Assembly (NCBI GenBank): GCA_003647275.1
Contig: QMMN01000009.1
Location: 2,496-66,495 of the forward strand
Length of the DNA stretch: 64,000 bases
Source of the DNA: Deltaproteobacteria bacterium
GTDB taxonomy: Bacteria; Desulfobacterota; Desulfobacteria; Desulfobacterales; C00003060
Direction: 5' to 3'
The stretch's first letter is position 1. Each line of letters starts with the position of its first letter. Shown here one piece after another: positions 47,582-56,909 of this stretch. The notes under the pieces are model-generated. The model did no database searches and was not told where the DNA came from. It was given only the letters and a program-made list of their open reading frames with translations. The position numbers and the translations under genes were made by a program.

Positions 47582-48742
47582 TTATGAAATACCGAAAAAG
47601 TGTGCGTAAGCGTGCTTAGCCACCCATTGAAGGGAATGGAAGAACGACTGAGAATAATGGTTCACCTGAAAATTGCACGTTGAAAGACAGTGGGGACTGG
47701 TTTTTTTCTTCAGTTTGGCCAATTTGACCGGATCGAATTTGGGGCCATCATAGATGTTTCCCCAATCCTCTGTCGAGCCATAAAGCTCAAAGCAAGGCGC
47801 AAAAGAGCCGTCCAGGCGGATCACCATGGAGAGTTCTCCGGCCCGACAGGGCCAGGGGGGCAACTGGTGTCGAATAAACAGCTTCATGGCTCGGAGGTGT
47901 TCAACTGAGTTTACCATGGTGTATCCTTGCAAGTTCTTCTCGATCAACCAGTCTATGAGTTCGTCCACCGCCTGAAACGCCTCTTCTGTGATCCAGGCCC
48001 CATCATCCTTGTGCTGGTAGGTATCATACCTGATCAGAGGGGGCTCATTGATGTGATAGTCCGTGGCAATCCCATAGTAATGGGCGATCTCGGTCAGCAC
48101 CCTTACATCGCGCACGTTCTTGTGGGTAATATTGATGTTAAAGAAGGTAATGTAACCATATTCTTTTTCCCGCTCAACCAAGTATTCAAATTGTGGCTTA
48201 ATACGGGTGAAGTATTTTGGGATACCCTCATAGCCCTCCACAGCGTCCACGGCAAGATTGATCGTAGAGACACCGGCGCTTCCGATCTCATCGATAAAGG
48301 CCTCATCCATGAGGATGCCATTGGTGGGAAGATACACAAAAAATCCTCTTTCGGTGGCGTAGCGGGTCAGCTCTATAATGAAGCGCTTTCGCACCAACGG
48401 CTCTCCGCCCATGTAGGCCAAAACCCTACAGCCCACGGAATTGAGCCAGTCCACGGCATCCTTGGCCACCTGCATTGTCATGCCGGGTATTTTCTTTTCC
48501 TTGCTATAACAGTAGTGACAGTCAAGATTACAATTCAGGTCAGTGTACAGAAAGGAAAGGATCGGCCTGAATTCTTTGGAGTGGATGCGGGATTTGATAT
48601 AGGGGAGAAGCCAGCTTCTGTAAGCCCTGGTAAAGTTATGGAGATAGTACTTGTTGCCGTGGGCTTTCTTGCCGGATCCGTGGCCCCACGGAATCCACTT
48701 TGAAAAAATCTCGGAGAGTCTCGATTCCTGGAAAGTTTCCAT
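47582..48742 (-). CDS. Radical SAM protein with C-terminal SPASM/twitch-like Cys cluster
   Basis: CNLDCHYC, MGGEPL, PTNG, CRAG..DGSFAPC..CLSTC. Confidence 0.88.
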   Translation of the reverse strand: METFQESRLSEIFSKWIPWGHGSGKKAHGNKYYLHNFTRAYRSWLLPYIKSRIHSKEFRPILSFLYTDLNCNLDCHYCYSKEKKIPGMTMQVAKDAVDWLNSVGCRVLAYMGGEPLVRKRFIIELTRYATERGFFVYLPTNGILMDEAFIDEIGSAGVSTINLAVDAVEGYEGIPKYFTRIKPQFEYLVEREKEYGYITFFNINITHKNVRDVRVLTEIAHYYGIATDYHINEPPLIRYDTYQHKDDGAWITEEAFQAVDELIDWLIEKNLQGYTMVNSVEHLRAMKLFIRHQLPPWPCRAGELSMVIRLDGSFAPCFELYGSTEDWGNIYDGPKFDPVKLAKLKKKTSPHCLSTCNFQVNHYSQSFFHSLQWVAKHAYAHFFGIS

Positions 48743-48791
48743 GACAGACACCCCCTTTTTTGTGATTAACACGATCTTACCTTGCCTCCCC

Positions 48792-48827
48792 AAAAATAAA
48801 CCCCACCTCTGATAAGAGATGGGGTTT
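48792..48827 (-). terminator. Intrinsic terminator-like hairpin upstream of the radical SAM gene
   Basis: Minus strand aaaccccatctc-ttatca-gaggtggggttt followed by attttt; the single mismatch is a G-U pair on this strand. Confidence 0.7.
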
Positions 48828-48967
48828 TGGCGTCAACCATTGTTGTGCCCTCTTAACGTGAATGATGATTAAAACTTATTGAATAAATAAGCCCTGTGCT
48901 ATCCTTTGTCAAGTCGTTTGTCCCTGGGCTTCCTTTTCATGTATTCAGGCATCAGCGATCAGCACGC

Positions 48968-49975
48968 CTACATGATTTCTACGCTTTCCAGAGGGAAAAA
49001 CAGCTCCACCCGCTCTCCGGTCAGGATAGGGGCTTGTTTGTATTTTTCTCGGCCAAGTAGGACACTGATAGGGATCCCGATATCTATAAGGGCCCTTACG
49101 TGGTCCCCTTCGTCCGTCAATTGCATCACCCGGCCAACAAGCTTGTGGCCTCCTGCGGAGCTATCCTGGGCTGGAAATACCTTGATCATCTTAGGATCTA
49201 CGGATATTTTCACATACCCGGTCTTGTCGGTCCGGACCGCAAGCCTTACCTTGTTATGAATTAAGCAATACTTATTCCCATTGCCATCTGTGCTAATGGA
49301 TCCGCTAAAGATATTCTCATAAATGGAAGAGGCGGGCTTTCCGTTAAAGAGAAAGATGATACGATCAGAGAGTTTGGTCGCCTGTATTCTGTTGTGGGTG
49401 GTAAAGATGACCGAAATCCCTTTTTGAATATTGATGTCCCTTAGTATACCCTCAATGGCAATCTGATTTTCAATGTCCACGTTGGAAGTCGGTTCGTCGA
49501 ACAGGATCACCTTGGGAGAGCAGGCAAGGGCTCTGGCAATGGCGACCCTCTGGGTCTCTCCGCCTGAAAGCTTATGAGCGCTGGCCTCAGCAAATTCGCG
49601 CATTCCCACCAAATCGAGCACTTCATGAATCATCCTTTTTCTGCGCGCCTTTGGCTCCTTCCTGACTTTCAGCCCGAACTCCACGTTCTTGTAAACACTT
49701 GTGGTAAAAAGGATAGGATGCTGCTCGACCATCACCACTTCCCTTCTCAGCCCCTGAAGAAAAGCTTCGGAAAAATCCACCGTCCTTGCATCATAAACGA
49801 TTTCACCCGTGGTGGGCGGCAGCAAGAAACTCAGGATCTCCAGTAGGGTCGTCTTGCCTGAACCGTTTGGGCCAAGCAGACCATATACCTTCCCCTTTTC
49901 TAGACGGAGCTCGGGGATGTCAAGAACCTTGCGATTTCCATAGACCTTGGTGAGGTTCTTGATCTCGAAAAGCAT
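48968..49975 (-). CDS. tupC: Tungstate ABC transporter ATP-binding protein with TOBE-like tail
   Basis: GPNGSGKT, LSGGETQR, FDEPT; operon context. Confidence 0.85.
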   Translation of the reverse strand: MLFEIKNLTKVYGNRKVLDIPELRLEKGKVYGLLGPNGSGKTTLLEILSFLLPPTTGEIVYDARTVDFSEAFLQGLRREVVMVEQHPILFTTSVYKNVEFGLKVRKEPKARRKRMIHEVLDLVGMREFAEASAHKLSGGETQRVAIARALACSPKVILFDEPTSNVDIENQIAIEGILRDINIQKGISVIFTTHNRIQATKLSDRIIFLFNGKPASSIYENIFSGSISTDGNGNKYCLIHNKVRLAVRTDKTGYVKISVDPKMIKVFPAQDSSAGGHKLVGRVMQLTDEGDHVRALIDIGIPISVLLGREKYKQAPILTGERVELFFPLESVEIM

Positions 49976-50670
49976 TAGACCCGGGCCCTCCCTTGCAAAT
50001 AATTGAAAAACAGGTTCACCGTGAAGCTTATCATCAGAAGGATCACTCCCAAGGCAACAGCTAAAACGAATTCTCCTTTGTCGTATTCCAAGGCCATGGC
50101 CGTGGTCATGGTCCGGGTAAACCCTTTGGCATTGCCCCCCAACATCATGCTGATCCCCACTTCTGCAATAACCCGCCCAAAGGATGCAATGACCGCAGCC
50201 ATAATGCCGAACCTTGCCTCCCGAAAGACCACCCCTGCCGTTTGTAATGTGGTGGCTCCCAGGGTCATGGCGCTCTTTCTGTAGCGGTCATCAATACGGC
50301 TGATGGCTGCAATGGTAAAGGTCGTGACAATGGGTATGATCAGGATAACCTGGCCGATGATAATTGCCTTTTGCGTGTAAAGGAGGTCCAGGGGCCCGAA
50401 GATCCCCCTTCTTGAAATAAACGCATAGACAAACAGACCAATAACGACCGTGGGAAGGGCCAGGAGGGTATTCAGGATCGTGATCGTGATTCTTTTGCCT
50501 CGAAACTCTTTAAAGGCGATTGCAAAGCCGGCCGGGATGCCAATGAGACTCGCGATCAAGGTGGATGAAGAACTAACCTTCAAAGATACAAGGACGATAG
50601 CACAGACCTCTGCGTCTAAGGATTTCAGGAGCAGGATGGCCGAAATAAAACTGTCTATAAGGAGATTCAT
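49975..50670 (-). CDS. tupB: Tungstate ABC transporter permease
   Basis: LPTVVIGL, FGRVIAEVG.SMMLGGN..GFTRTMTTA. Confidence 0.9.
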   Translation of the reverse strand: MNLLIDSFISAILLLKSLDAEVCAIVLVSLKVSSSSTLIASLIGIPAGFAIAFKEFRGKRITITILNTLLALPTVVIGLFVYAFISRRGIFGPLDLLYTQKAIIIGQVILIIPIVTTFTIAAISRIDDRYRKSAMTLGATTLQTAGVVFREARFGIMAAVIASFGRVIAEVGISMMLGGNAKGFTRTMTTAMALEYDKGEFVLAVALGVILLMISFTVNLFFNYLQGRARV

Positions 50671-50792
50671 CGATCCTCAGCGGTGAGAAAGTATTTATCG
50701 GTGGTCAGCAAGATCATCGTAATCGTTTACCATTCGAGGTAAGGAAGACTGCCTCCTGAACTGTTACAGATGGTGAAACTGACCCGTGAAAA

Positions 50793-51698
50793 TTATTTTG
50801 CATCTGGAATTGCGTCTGGATAAAAGAGCTGCTGGCCAAGGAGCTTATAGTTGGCAATCAAGGCCTGTCCCCTTGGTGATACAAGCCACTTGGCAAATCG
50901 ATCCGCCAAGTCAAATTTTACATGAGAATATTTTTCGGGGTTCACCGGAATGACGCCATAGGGATTATACAACATTTCATCACCTTCACAAAGGACTTCG
51001 AGGTCCAGGCCTTCTTTCCGGCCTAATTTGTACTTGATGTACGTGCCTCGATCTGAAAGCGTATAGGCCTGTTTTTCATTTGCATAGGTCAGGGCCTTGC
51101 CCATGCCTTGCCCGATAGAAAGATACCACGTGCCCAGCCCTTGTGGATGCTTAAAAGCAAGCGCCCTTTTTATGCCACCCTTCACCACGGTCGTGGTTTT
51201 CGTTACCAGGGGAAGCCCGGTCGCCGCCCAAAGTGCTTGCTCTTTGGTGTGGGTGCCGCTATCGTCCCCTCGGGATATAAACTTCGCTTTGGCTCTGGCA
51301 ATCTTCTTTAGCGCAGCAGCCGCATCCTTCATTCCCCTTATGCCAGCAGGGTCTTCAGGTGGGCCAAGGATCACAAAGTCATTATGCATGACTGCGTATC
51401 GGCGGGTACCGTATCCCTCTGAGACAAACTTTTCCTCCCGGGCCTTTGCATGAACAAAGATCACGTCCACGTTTCCGTCCATACCGTCCCGGATGGCAGC
51501 ACCAGTGCCCTTGGCAAAAACCTTGACCTCTATCCCGGTATCTTTCGTGAAGTTCGGAAGTAGCATATCGAGCAGACCAGAGGCCTGCGTGCTGGTCGTT
51601 GTCGACATCTTAATCACCGGTTCCCCACCCCCGCTGACCAACGGAATCAGTAACATGCCCAACATCGCCCCAAGTGCTGTTACGAAACGCTTTTTCAT
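50793..51698 (-). CDS. tupA: Tungstate-binding periplasmic protein
   Basis: TTTS motif, GTGAA, SRGDDSGTH, GQGMG, DRGTY, NPY. Confidence 0.92.
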   Translation of the reverse strand: MKKRFVTALGAMLGMLLIPLVSGGGEPVIKMSTTTSTQASGLLDMLLPNFTKDTGIEVKVFAKGTGAAIRDGMDGNVDVIFVHAKAREEKFVSEGYGTRRYAVMHNDFVILGPPEDPAGIRGMKDAAAALKKIARAKAKFISRGDDSGTHTKEQALWAATGLPLVTKTTTVVKGGIKRALAFKHPQGLGTWYLSIGQGMGKALTYANEKQAYTLSDRGTYIKYKLGRKEGLDLEVLCEGDEMLYNPYGVIPVNPEKYSHVKFDLADRFAKWLVSPRGQALIANYKLLGQQLFYPDAIPDAK

Positions 51699-52001
51699 CG
51701 TGCACTCCTTTCAAAAGAAAAAATCTGCTGCCATAGCGTCCCGGTTCACCCTCGTCCCTCATTAGCATTTGACCTGCAACCAACAGGCTGTTGCTCAAAC
51801 AGCCGTATGCCTGGCATAAGGCGCATCGCCAGGGGGGGCCGGGACATCAGGGACAGATATGCTGTGCGTGGCATATATATCGCGCCAGACATAATGTCAA
51901 GCAAATATGTCAGCTTCCTTGCGACTCAGAATGGCAAAAGCCTTCCTTCCCTTTGCTTATTATGGTATAAAGTTTAAGCAAAGCAGGCTTAAGAAGCGGG
52001 T

Positions 52002-52133
52002 ATGCACTTAGCCTGAGAAGGTCTGTATAACCTATTGTTGTTGACGCCCGAATCGGGAAAGCGCGCTGACTGGCGACAGGAGGCTTTTGGCTGATGAGGG
52101 GCCCCGGCATGACCGTCTATTTTCCCAAGGTAA
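52002..52133 (+). other. Candidate selenocysteine-rich peptide ORF (four in-frame TGA, ends at TAA)
   Basis: ATG 52002; MHLA*EGLYNLLLLTPESGKRADWRQEAFG**GAPA*PSIFPR, where every * is TGA; extended -10-like tggtataaa at 51963-51971. Confidence 0.45.
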
Positions 52134-52143
52134 TGTGAGTCCT

Positions 52144-53097
52144 ATGCATTTCCCGGTTTCAGGGGTCGATGTTTTCCCGCTGATTCCCATAACCGTTGCC
52201 TTTCTCGTCTCCTTTTTCACATCCATGGGAGGTGTGTCCGGAGCTTTTCTGCTCCTTCCTTTCCAGGTAAGCATCCTTGGCTTTTCGAGTCCCGCGGTGA
52301 GTCCGACAAATCTCGTTTATAACATCGTTGCCATACCAAGCGGTGTATATCAATACATCAGAGAAGGCAGGATGGCTTGGCCGCTGGCATGGGTCATCAT
52401 TGCGGGCACACTCCCGGGGGTGTTCCTAGGCGCCATTTTCAGGATTAAGTATCTTCCGGACCCCAAGCATTTCAAGTTCTTTGTGGGCTGCGTCTTGCTT
52501 TATATCGGTCTCAGGCTACTTTATGATTTGACAGAAAAAGCAGCTGCGAACAAGATGAAAACAAAGGCCCTTGAGGAAAGGTTCAAGGAAAGATCAACCC
52601 AGATCAGGAGACACGTAAAATCAGAACTTGCGGGCGCTGCAGTTATCAAGACGATCAGGTTTTCATTCACCAACTATACCTACGAGTTTTATGGCGAGAC
52701 CTTTTCGTTTAATACCATTACCCTCTTTATGCTTACCTTTGCAGTGGGAATCATCGGAGGCGCTTACGGCATAGGTGGTGGTGCCATCATCGCCCCGTTC
52801 CTGATAGCGATTTTCGACCTGCCGGTCTATACCATTGCTGGCGCTGCATTGCTGGGGACATTGCTCACGTCTATTGCGGGCGTTGTATTTTATACCATCA
52901 TAGCGCCCATGTATGCACACACGGGCCTTGCTATAGCCCCTGACTGGATGCTGGGAGCCCTTTTTGGCGTTGGTGGCTTCGTGGGGATGTACAGCGGTGC
53001 AAGGCTACAAAAGTATATGCCGGCAAAGACCATAAAGCTGATCCTGGGGCTCATCCTGTTATCCCTGGCTGTGAAGTATATAATCAATGTATTATAG
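52144..53097 (+). CDS. TauE/SafE (TSUP) family sulfite/oxyanion exporter
   Basis: SMGGVSGAFLLLP, SPTN, GGAYGIGGGAIIAP, GARLQK. Confidence 0.9.
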   Translation: MHFPVSGVDVFPLIPITVAFLVSFFTSMGGVSGAFLLLPFQVSILGFSSPAVSPTNLVYNIVAIPSGVYQYIREGRMAWPLAWVIIAGTLPGVFLGAIFRIKYLPDPKHFKFFVGCVLLYIGLRLLYDLTEKAAANKMKTKALEERFKERSTQIRRHVKSELAGAAVIKTIRFSFTNYTYEFYGETFSFNTITLFMLTFAVGIIGGAYGIGGGAIIAPFLIAIFDLPVYTIAGAALLGTLLTSIAGVVFYTIIAPMYAHTGLAIAPDWMLGALFGVGGFVGMYSGARLQKYMPAKTIKLILGLILLSLAVKYIINVL

Positions 53098-53100
53098 AAA

Positions 53101-53826
53101 ATGAGATTGCCAGATAGTCAGACAAACGCGATTTGTTCAAAAGATACCTTGGTGAAGGTCCTTGCCATAATTTTTCTGAATCCGGCTGACCGTGATCGGG
53201 AAGGTGTCAAGATCTTCATCCAAGATCTTCTGGGCTGTGGTTGCCCTGATGAGGTGGTGGAAAAGGCAAAGGTGAGCTTTTTCGTAAAACCCCTAGGCAC
53301 ATATATCAAACAAAGGATTGTCCACCTGGGCCCATCTCGGACCCTGACCCCCTTAGAGCAAGAGGTCAATCACCTCACCAAACTTCCCAAGATGTTGAAG
53401 TGGCCTAGAAGGCGTTCAGGTGAGCTTGTCCCTCCAGCCTTGTGGCGCCGGCCCATGCTGGAAGCTGTTGCAAAAAATCCAAAGCACCGGGAAGACCTGG
53501 CCAGGTTGCGGCCCTTGTCGAATGTGACAATTGATGCAGTGATTGAGGTACCGGCTCGCGCCTTTTTCTTCTTGGTCACGCATGATACAAAAAAACCACC
53601 CAAGAGGGCCCTTCTTATGCAATACGAGAGTGGACAGCTGTTGTATAAACTCATGGGTTACAACCGCTGCCGCCTTTTTACAATTAGTCACAGGGACGAA
53701 CAAAAGATTATCCCGCAGATAGACACAGCGCTCTCATGGCTGGGACTCTATGACGCCTTTTTTAAAAGACGAGATCGTTATCCCTTCGCCAAGTCGGTCT
53801 TAGACCTATTCTGTGACATCCATTGA
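53101..53826 (+). CDS. Hypothetical protein with LGCGCP motif
   Basis: 241-aa open frame 3 bp after tauE; 'FIQDLLGCGCPDEV', 'GYNRCRL'. Confidence 0.6.
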   Translation: MRLPDSQTNAICSKDTLVKVLAIIFLNPADRDREGVKIFIQDLLGCGCPDEVVEKAKVSFFVKPLGTYIKQRIVHLGPSRTLTPLEQEVNHLTKLPKMLKWPRRRSGELVPPALWRRPMLEAVAKNPKHREDLARLRPLSNVTIDAVIEVPARAFFFLVTHDTKKPPKRALLMQYESGQLLYKLMGYNRCRLFTISHRDEQKIIPQIDTALSWLGLYDAFFKRRDRYPFAKSVLDLFCDIH

Positions 53827-53950
53827 GGGAAAAGCGTTTCCCTCGCGTCGCCAGAACGGCAAGGCGCATCTTTTCACAGCGTGCCCCAAACGATCGGGGC
53901 CGCCCATCACCGATTGCAATGGTCGCCTTGCAAGAAAGGAGGCATTCGGT

Positions 53951-55762
53951 ATGGAAAAACATCACAAGTTTTCCATCTGGTATGTATTAATCGTCATCTG
54001 GATTATCCTGATCCTCCATAACCTGATTGTCCAGATGTTCGCAGTAGAGCACATCCCCTACAGTGACTTTGTCAAGGCGCTTCAAGCTGGAAGGGTGACC
54101 GAGGTTGCCATTACGCAAGATCGAATCCAGGGCAAAATGAAGACCCTCAAAGATGGCCAGGCAGTAGAAAAGGTCTTTACCACGGTTCGCGTGGATCAGG
54201 ATCTGTCTCAGCTTCTGGAAAAGTACAACGTAACATTCAAGGGGGTCATCGAGAGCGACTTCTTGAAGAATCTCGCCTCCTGGATCTTTCCGGTGTTTCT
54301 TTTCGTTGGGATCTGGTATTTGATGATGCGCCGATTCGCCGCCCAGCAAGGGAGTTTCTTAACCCTAGGTCGAAAGAAAGCCAAGGTCTACATGGAAGAC
54401 GAGGGGGTGACTTTTGATGATGTAGCTGGTGTGGATGAGGCCAAGGACGAGTTGGTCGAAGTGATTGAATTCCTCAAGTCCCCCGAGAAGTTTACCAGGC
54501 TGGGCGGAAAGCTCCCCAAAGGGATCTTGCTGATAGGTCCTCCAGGGACTGGAAAGACGCTCCTGGCGAAAGCTGTCGCCGGGGAAAGCGGGGTGCCCTT
54601 TTTCAGCATGAGCGGCTCGGAATTCGTTGAGCTCTTTGTGGGAATGGGTGCAGCCCGCGTGCGAGATCTGTTCGCCCAAGCCAAAGAGAAGGCCCCCTGT
54701 ATCATCTTTATTGACGAACTGGATGCCCTGGGAAAGGCACGAGGCATGGGCATCACAGGAGGCCATGACGAAAGAGAACAGACCTTGAACCAGATGTTGG
54801 TTGAAATGGACGGCTTTGACCCGACCATAGGCGTTATCCTCATGGCAGCCACCAACCGGCCGGAGATCCTGGACCCAGCCCTCCTGCGGCCGGGTCGGTT
54901 TGATCGCCACATCTTGGTCGATCGACCGGACAAGAAGGGACGCACAGACATCCTTAAGGTCCACTTGAAAAGCATTAAAGTTGATAAAGACGTAGACGTG
55001 GAAACCATTGCTGGCATGACCCCTGGGTTTGTGGGGGCCGACCTGGCCAACCTGGTCAATGAGGCGGCCCTGCTAGCGGTCCGACACAATAAAGAACAGG
55101 TTGGGATGGCCGAGTTTCAAGAGGCTGTTGAGCGAATTATTGCTGGACTTGAAAAGAAGAACCGCCTCATCAATAAAAAGGAAAGGGAAATCGTGGCCTA
55201 TCACGAGGTGGGCCATGCCTTGGTGGCCCTTTCCCTGCCAGGCACCGACCCCGTTCGAAAGATCTCTATCATACCCCGGGGGGTCGCTGCTTTAGGCTAT
55301 ACCCTGCAGGTGCCCACCGAGGACCGCTTCTTGATGAGCAAGAGAGAACTTTTGAACAAGATCGCTGTAGCATTGGGAGGACGCGCAGCCGAAGAGATCC
55401 AGTTTCAGGACGTTTCAACCGGCGCGCACAACGACCTTTCCAGGGCCACTGATATCGCGCGGAGCATGGTCAAAGAATATGGCATGAGTGCTGAGTTGGG
55501 TCACATCTGTTTTGAAAAGGAACGCCAACGACAACTATTCCCGGATATGGGCCTGACTTCAACAAGGGCCTACAGCGAACAAACAGCACAGGTTATTGAC
55601 CGTGAAATCAAGGAGATCTTGGATTCTCAATATGAAGTCGCCAAGGAGATCCTGACCAGACATAAGAAGGTGCTGGATAAAGGGGCTGCACTGGTTTTAA
55701 AAGAAGAAAACATTGACGGGCATCAACTTAAGGCACTACTTGAGGCTGACCAAAATACATAG
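53951..55762 (+). CDS. ftsH: ATP-dependent zinc metalloprotease FtsH
   Basis: Two TMs, GPPGTGKT, FIDELD, LRPGRFDR, HEVGH; aaggagg RBS. Confidence 0.96.
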   Translation: MEKHHKFSIWYVLIVIWIILILHNLIVQMFAVEHIPYSDFVKALQAGRVTEVAITQDRIQGKMKTLKDGQAVEKVFTTVRVDQDLSQLLEKYNVTFKGVIESDFLKNLASWIFPVFLFVGIWYLMMRRFAAQQGSFLTLGRKKAKVYMEDEGVTFDDVAGVDEAKDELVEVIEFLKSPEKFTRLGGKLPKGILLIGPPGTGKTLLAKAVAGESGVPFFSMSGSEFVELFVGMGAARVRDLFAQAKEKAPCIIFIDELDALGKARGMGITGGHDEREQTLNQMLVEMDGFDPTIGVILMAATNRPEILDPALLRPGRFDRHILVDRPDKKGRTDILKVHLKSIKVDKDVDVETIAGMTPGFVGADLANLVNEAALLAVRHNKEQVGMAEFQEAVERIIAGLEKKNRLINKKEREIVAYHEVGHALVALSLPGTDPVRKISIIPRGVAALGYTLQVPTEDRFLMSKRELLNKIAVALGGRAAEEIQFQDVSTGAHNDLSRATDIARSMVKEYGMSAELGHICFEKERQRQLFPDMGLTSTRAYSEQTAQVIDREIKEILDSQYEVAKEILTRHKKVLDKGAALVLKEENIDGHQLKALLEADQNT

Positions 55763-55772
55763 AGAGCCGTCA

Positions 55773-56531
55773 CTATGCGGGCGGCACCCATCTTTTTCGT
55801 GAAGCATCATAGCACCAGCTGTTCGGAAGGGCTCTCCTGGAACGGAATCTGGGGCTTTCAGCCCAGTTGAGAAGTTCTGAATGCGCGTCATTGATTTGGA
55901 TGAACTTATTGCTCGTATCCCCCTTGTCGGGATGATGGCGTTTTGCTTTCCTTCTATAGGCCGATTTGATATACTGTATGTTGTCTGCGGCCAGAATTTG
56001 TTCTTTGGTTAGATCAAGGAGTTTGAGGGCCGTTTTTTCTTTGTGGTTTAATTGTGGCGTTCTCCGAGAAACCGGGACCACAACATGAATAGGGAGGTCC
56101 TGTCGGGATGCCTTGTCCAACAAATGCTGAGACGCATGCCACCTGGATTTGGTTTGTTCCTCCCTCTCGTACCACTCGCGACCTGCCTGCTCAATCAGGT
56201 CCAGAAGGTCATCTGCAACCTTCTTGTGTTTGCTTCTCCTCCACATAAACCTCGATATAACGCTTGAGCCAAGTGGCAGCACATCAAGGATCAAGACCTC
56301 TTCCGTGTACGAGAATGCAGCGTAACGTGCGCGCAAGGTCTCAATCAAGCCTGTCGCGATAAAGAGCGCAAACTCAAGCCTTTTCTTACATTTGTCGCTA
56401 CAATAGCGCCGCCTTCTCTTTGGAAGCTGGTTTTCCCCGCAGGCAAGACAAAACCTCTTTCTCACATTCTCACATTTGACGGGTAAAAGCGCTTGTGTCC
56501 TCATGTATGGATTGTCGAGTCTCAAAGTCAT
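55773..56531 (-). CDS. J-domain protein with N-terminal zinc-finger
   Basis: CLAC...YCSDKC; IKSAYRRKAKRHHPDKG. Confidence 0.8.
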   Translation of the reverse strand: MTLRLDNPYMRTQALLPVKCENVRKRFCLACGENQLPKRRRRYCSDKCKKRLEFALFIATGLIETLRARYAAFSYTEEVLILDVLPLGSSVISRFMWRRSKHKKVADDLLDLIEQAGREWYEREEQTKSRWHASQHLLDKASRQDLPIHVVVPVSRRTPQLNHKEKTALKLLDLTKEQILAADNIQYIKSAYRRKAKRHHPDKGDTSNKFIQINDAHSELLNWAESPRFRSRRALPNSWCYDASRKRWVPPA

Positions 56532-56663
56532 TCTAAGCTGGGCGTATTGGCTACAACTTATAATGGAGCGGCCTCTTGTGTCAAACCAAATTCACACAAA
56601 ACGCTTCTGGTCAAGGCGTTCTCAGTAAGCCACCCATGAACACAGATTTGATGATGCCAGGCA

Positions 56664-56909
56664 TTACCTTTGATCAGCCAGGCCCTTTTTCATGGCTGCG
56701 TAATATCCTCGCTCGTAGTAGTCACCGCTCTTTTGGTCAAAGATGGCCTCATTTTCGTGGATGTATCGAAAGCCTTGCCATTTTCCCCGAGCCAGCACCA
56801 CCTCATTGCCAAGCGTAAATTTCTTACCGCACGCCAAACATCCCTCCGCATTAAGCCTGTTCAGCTTTTCGAGGTCTATGAGGGTCCTAAATTTGCGTTT
56901 GTTTTTCAT
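56664..56909 (-). CDS. Small conserved hypothetical protein (CxxC...H)
   Basis: GCLACGKKFTLG..VVLA.G.W...YIHENEA; aagga RBS. Confidence 0.7.
   Translation of the reverse strand: MKNKRKFRTLIDLEKLNRLNAEGCLACGKKFTLGNEVVLARGKWQGFRYIHENEAIFDQKSGDYYERGYYAAMKKGLADQR

Noticed and set aside
52050-52115. Hammerhead ribozyme or fluoride riboswitch suggested by CTGATGAG and GAAA
   Set aside because: No GAAA after a stem II, no C before the upstream GAAA to pair with the G after CUGAUGA, and no fluoride-type 5' pseudoknot segment.
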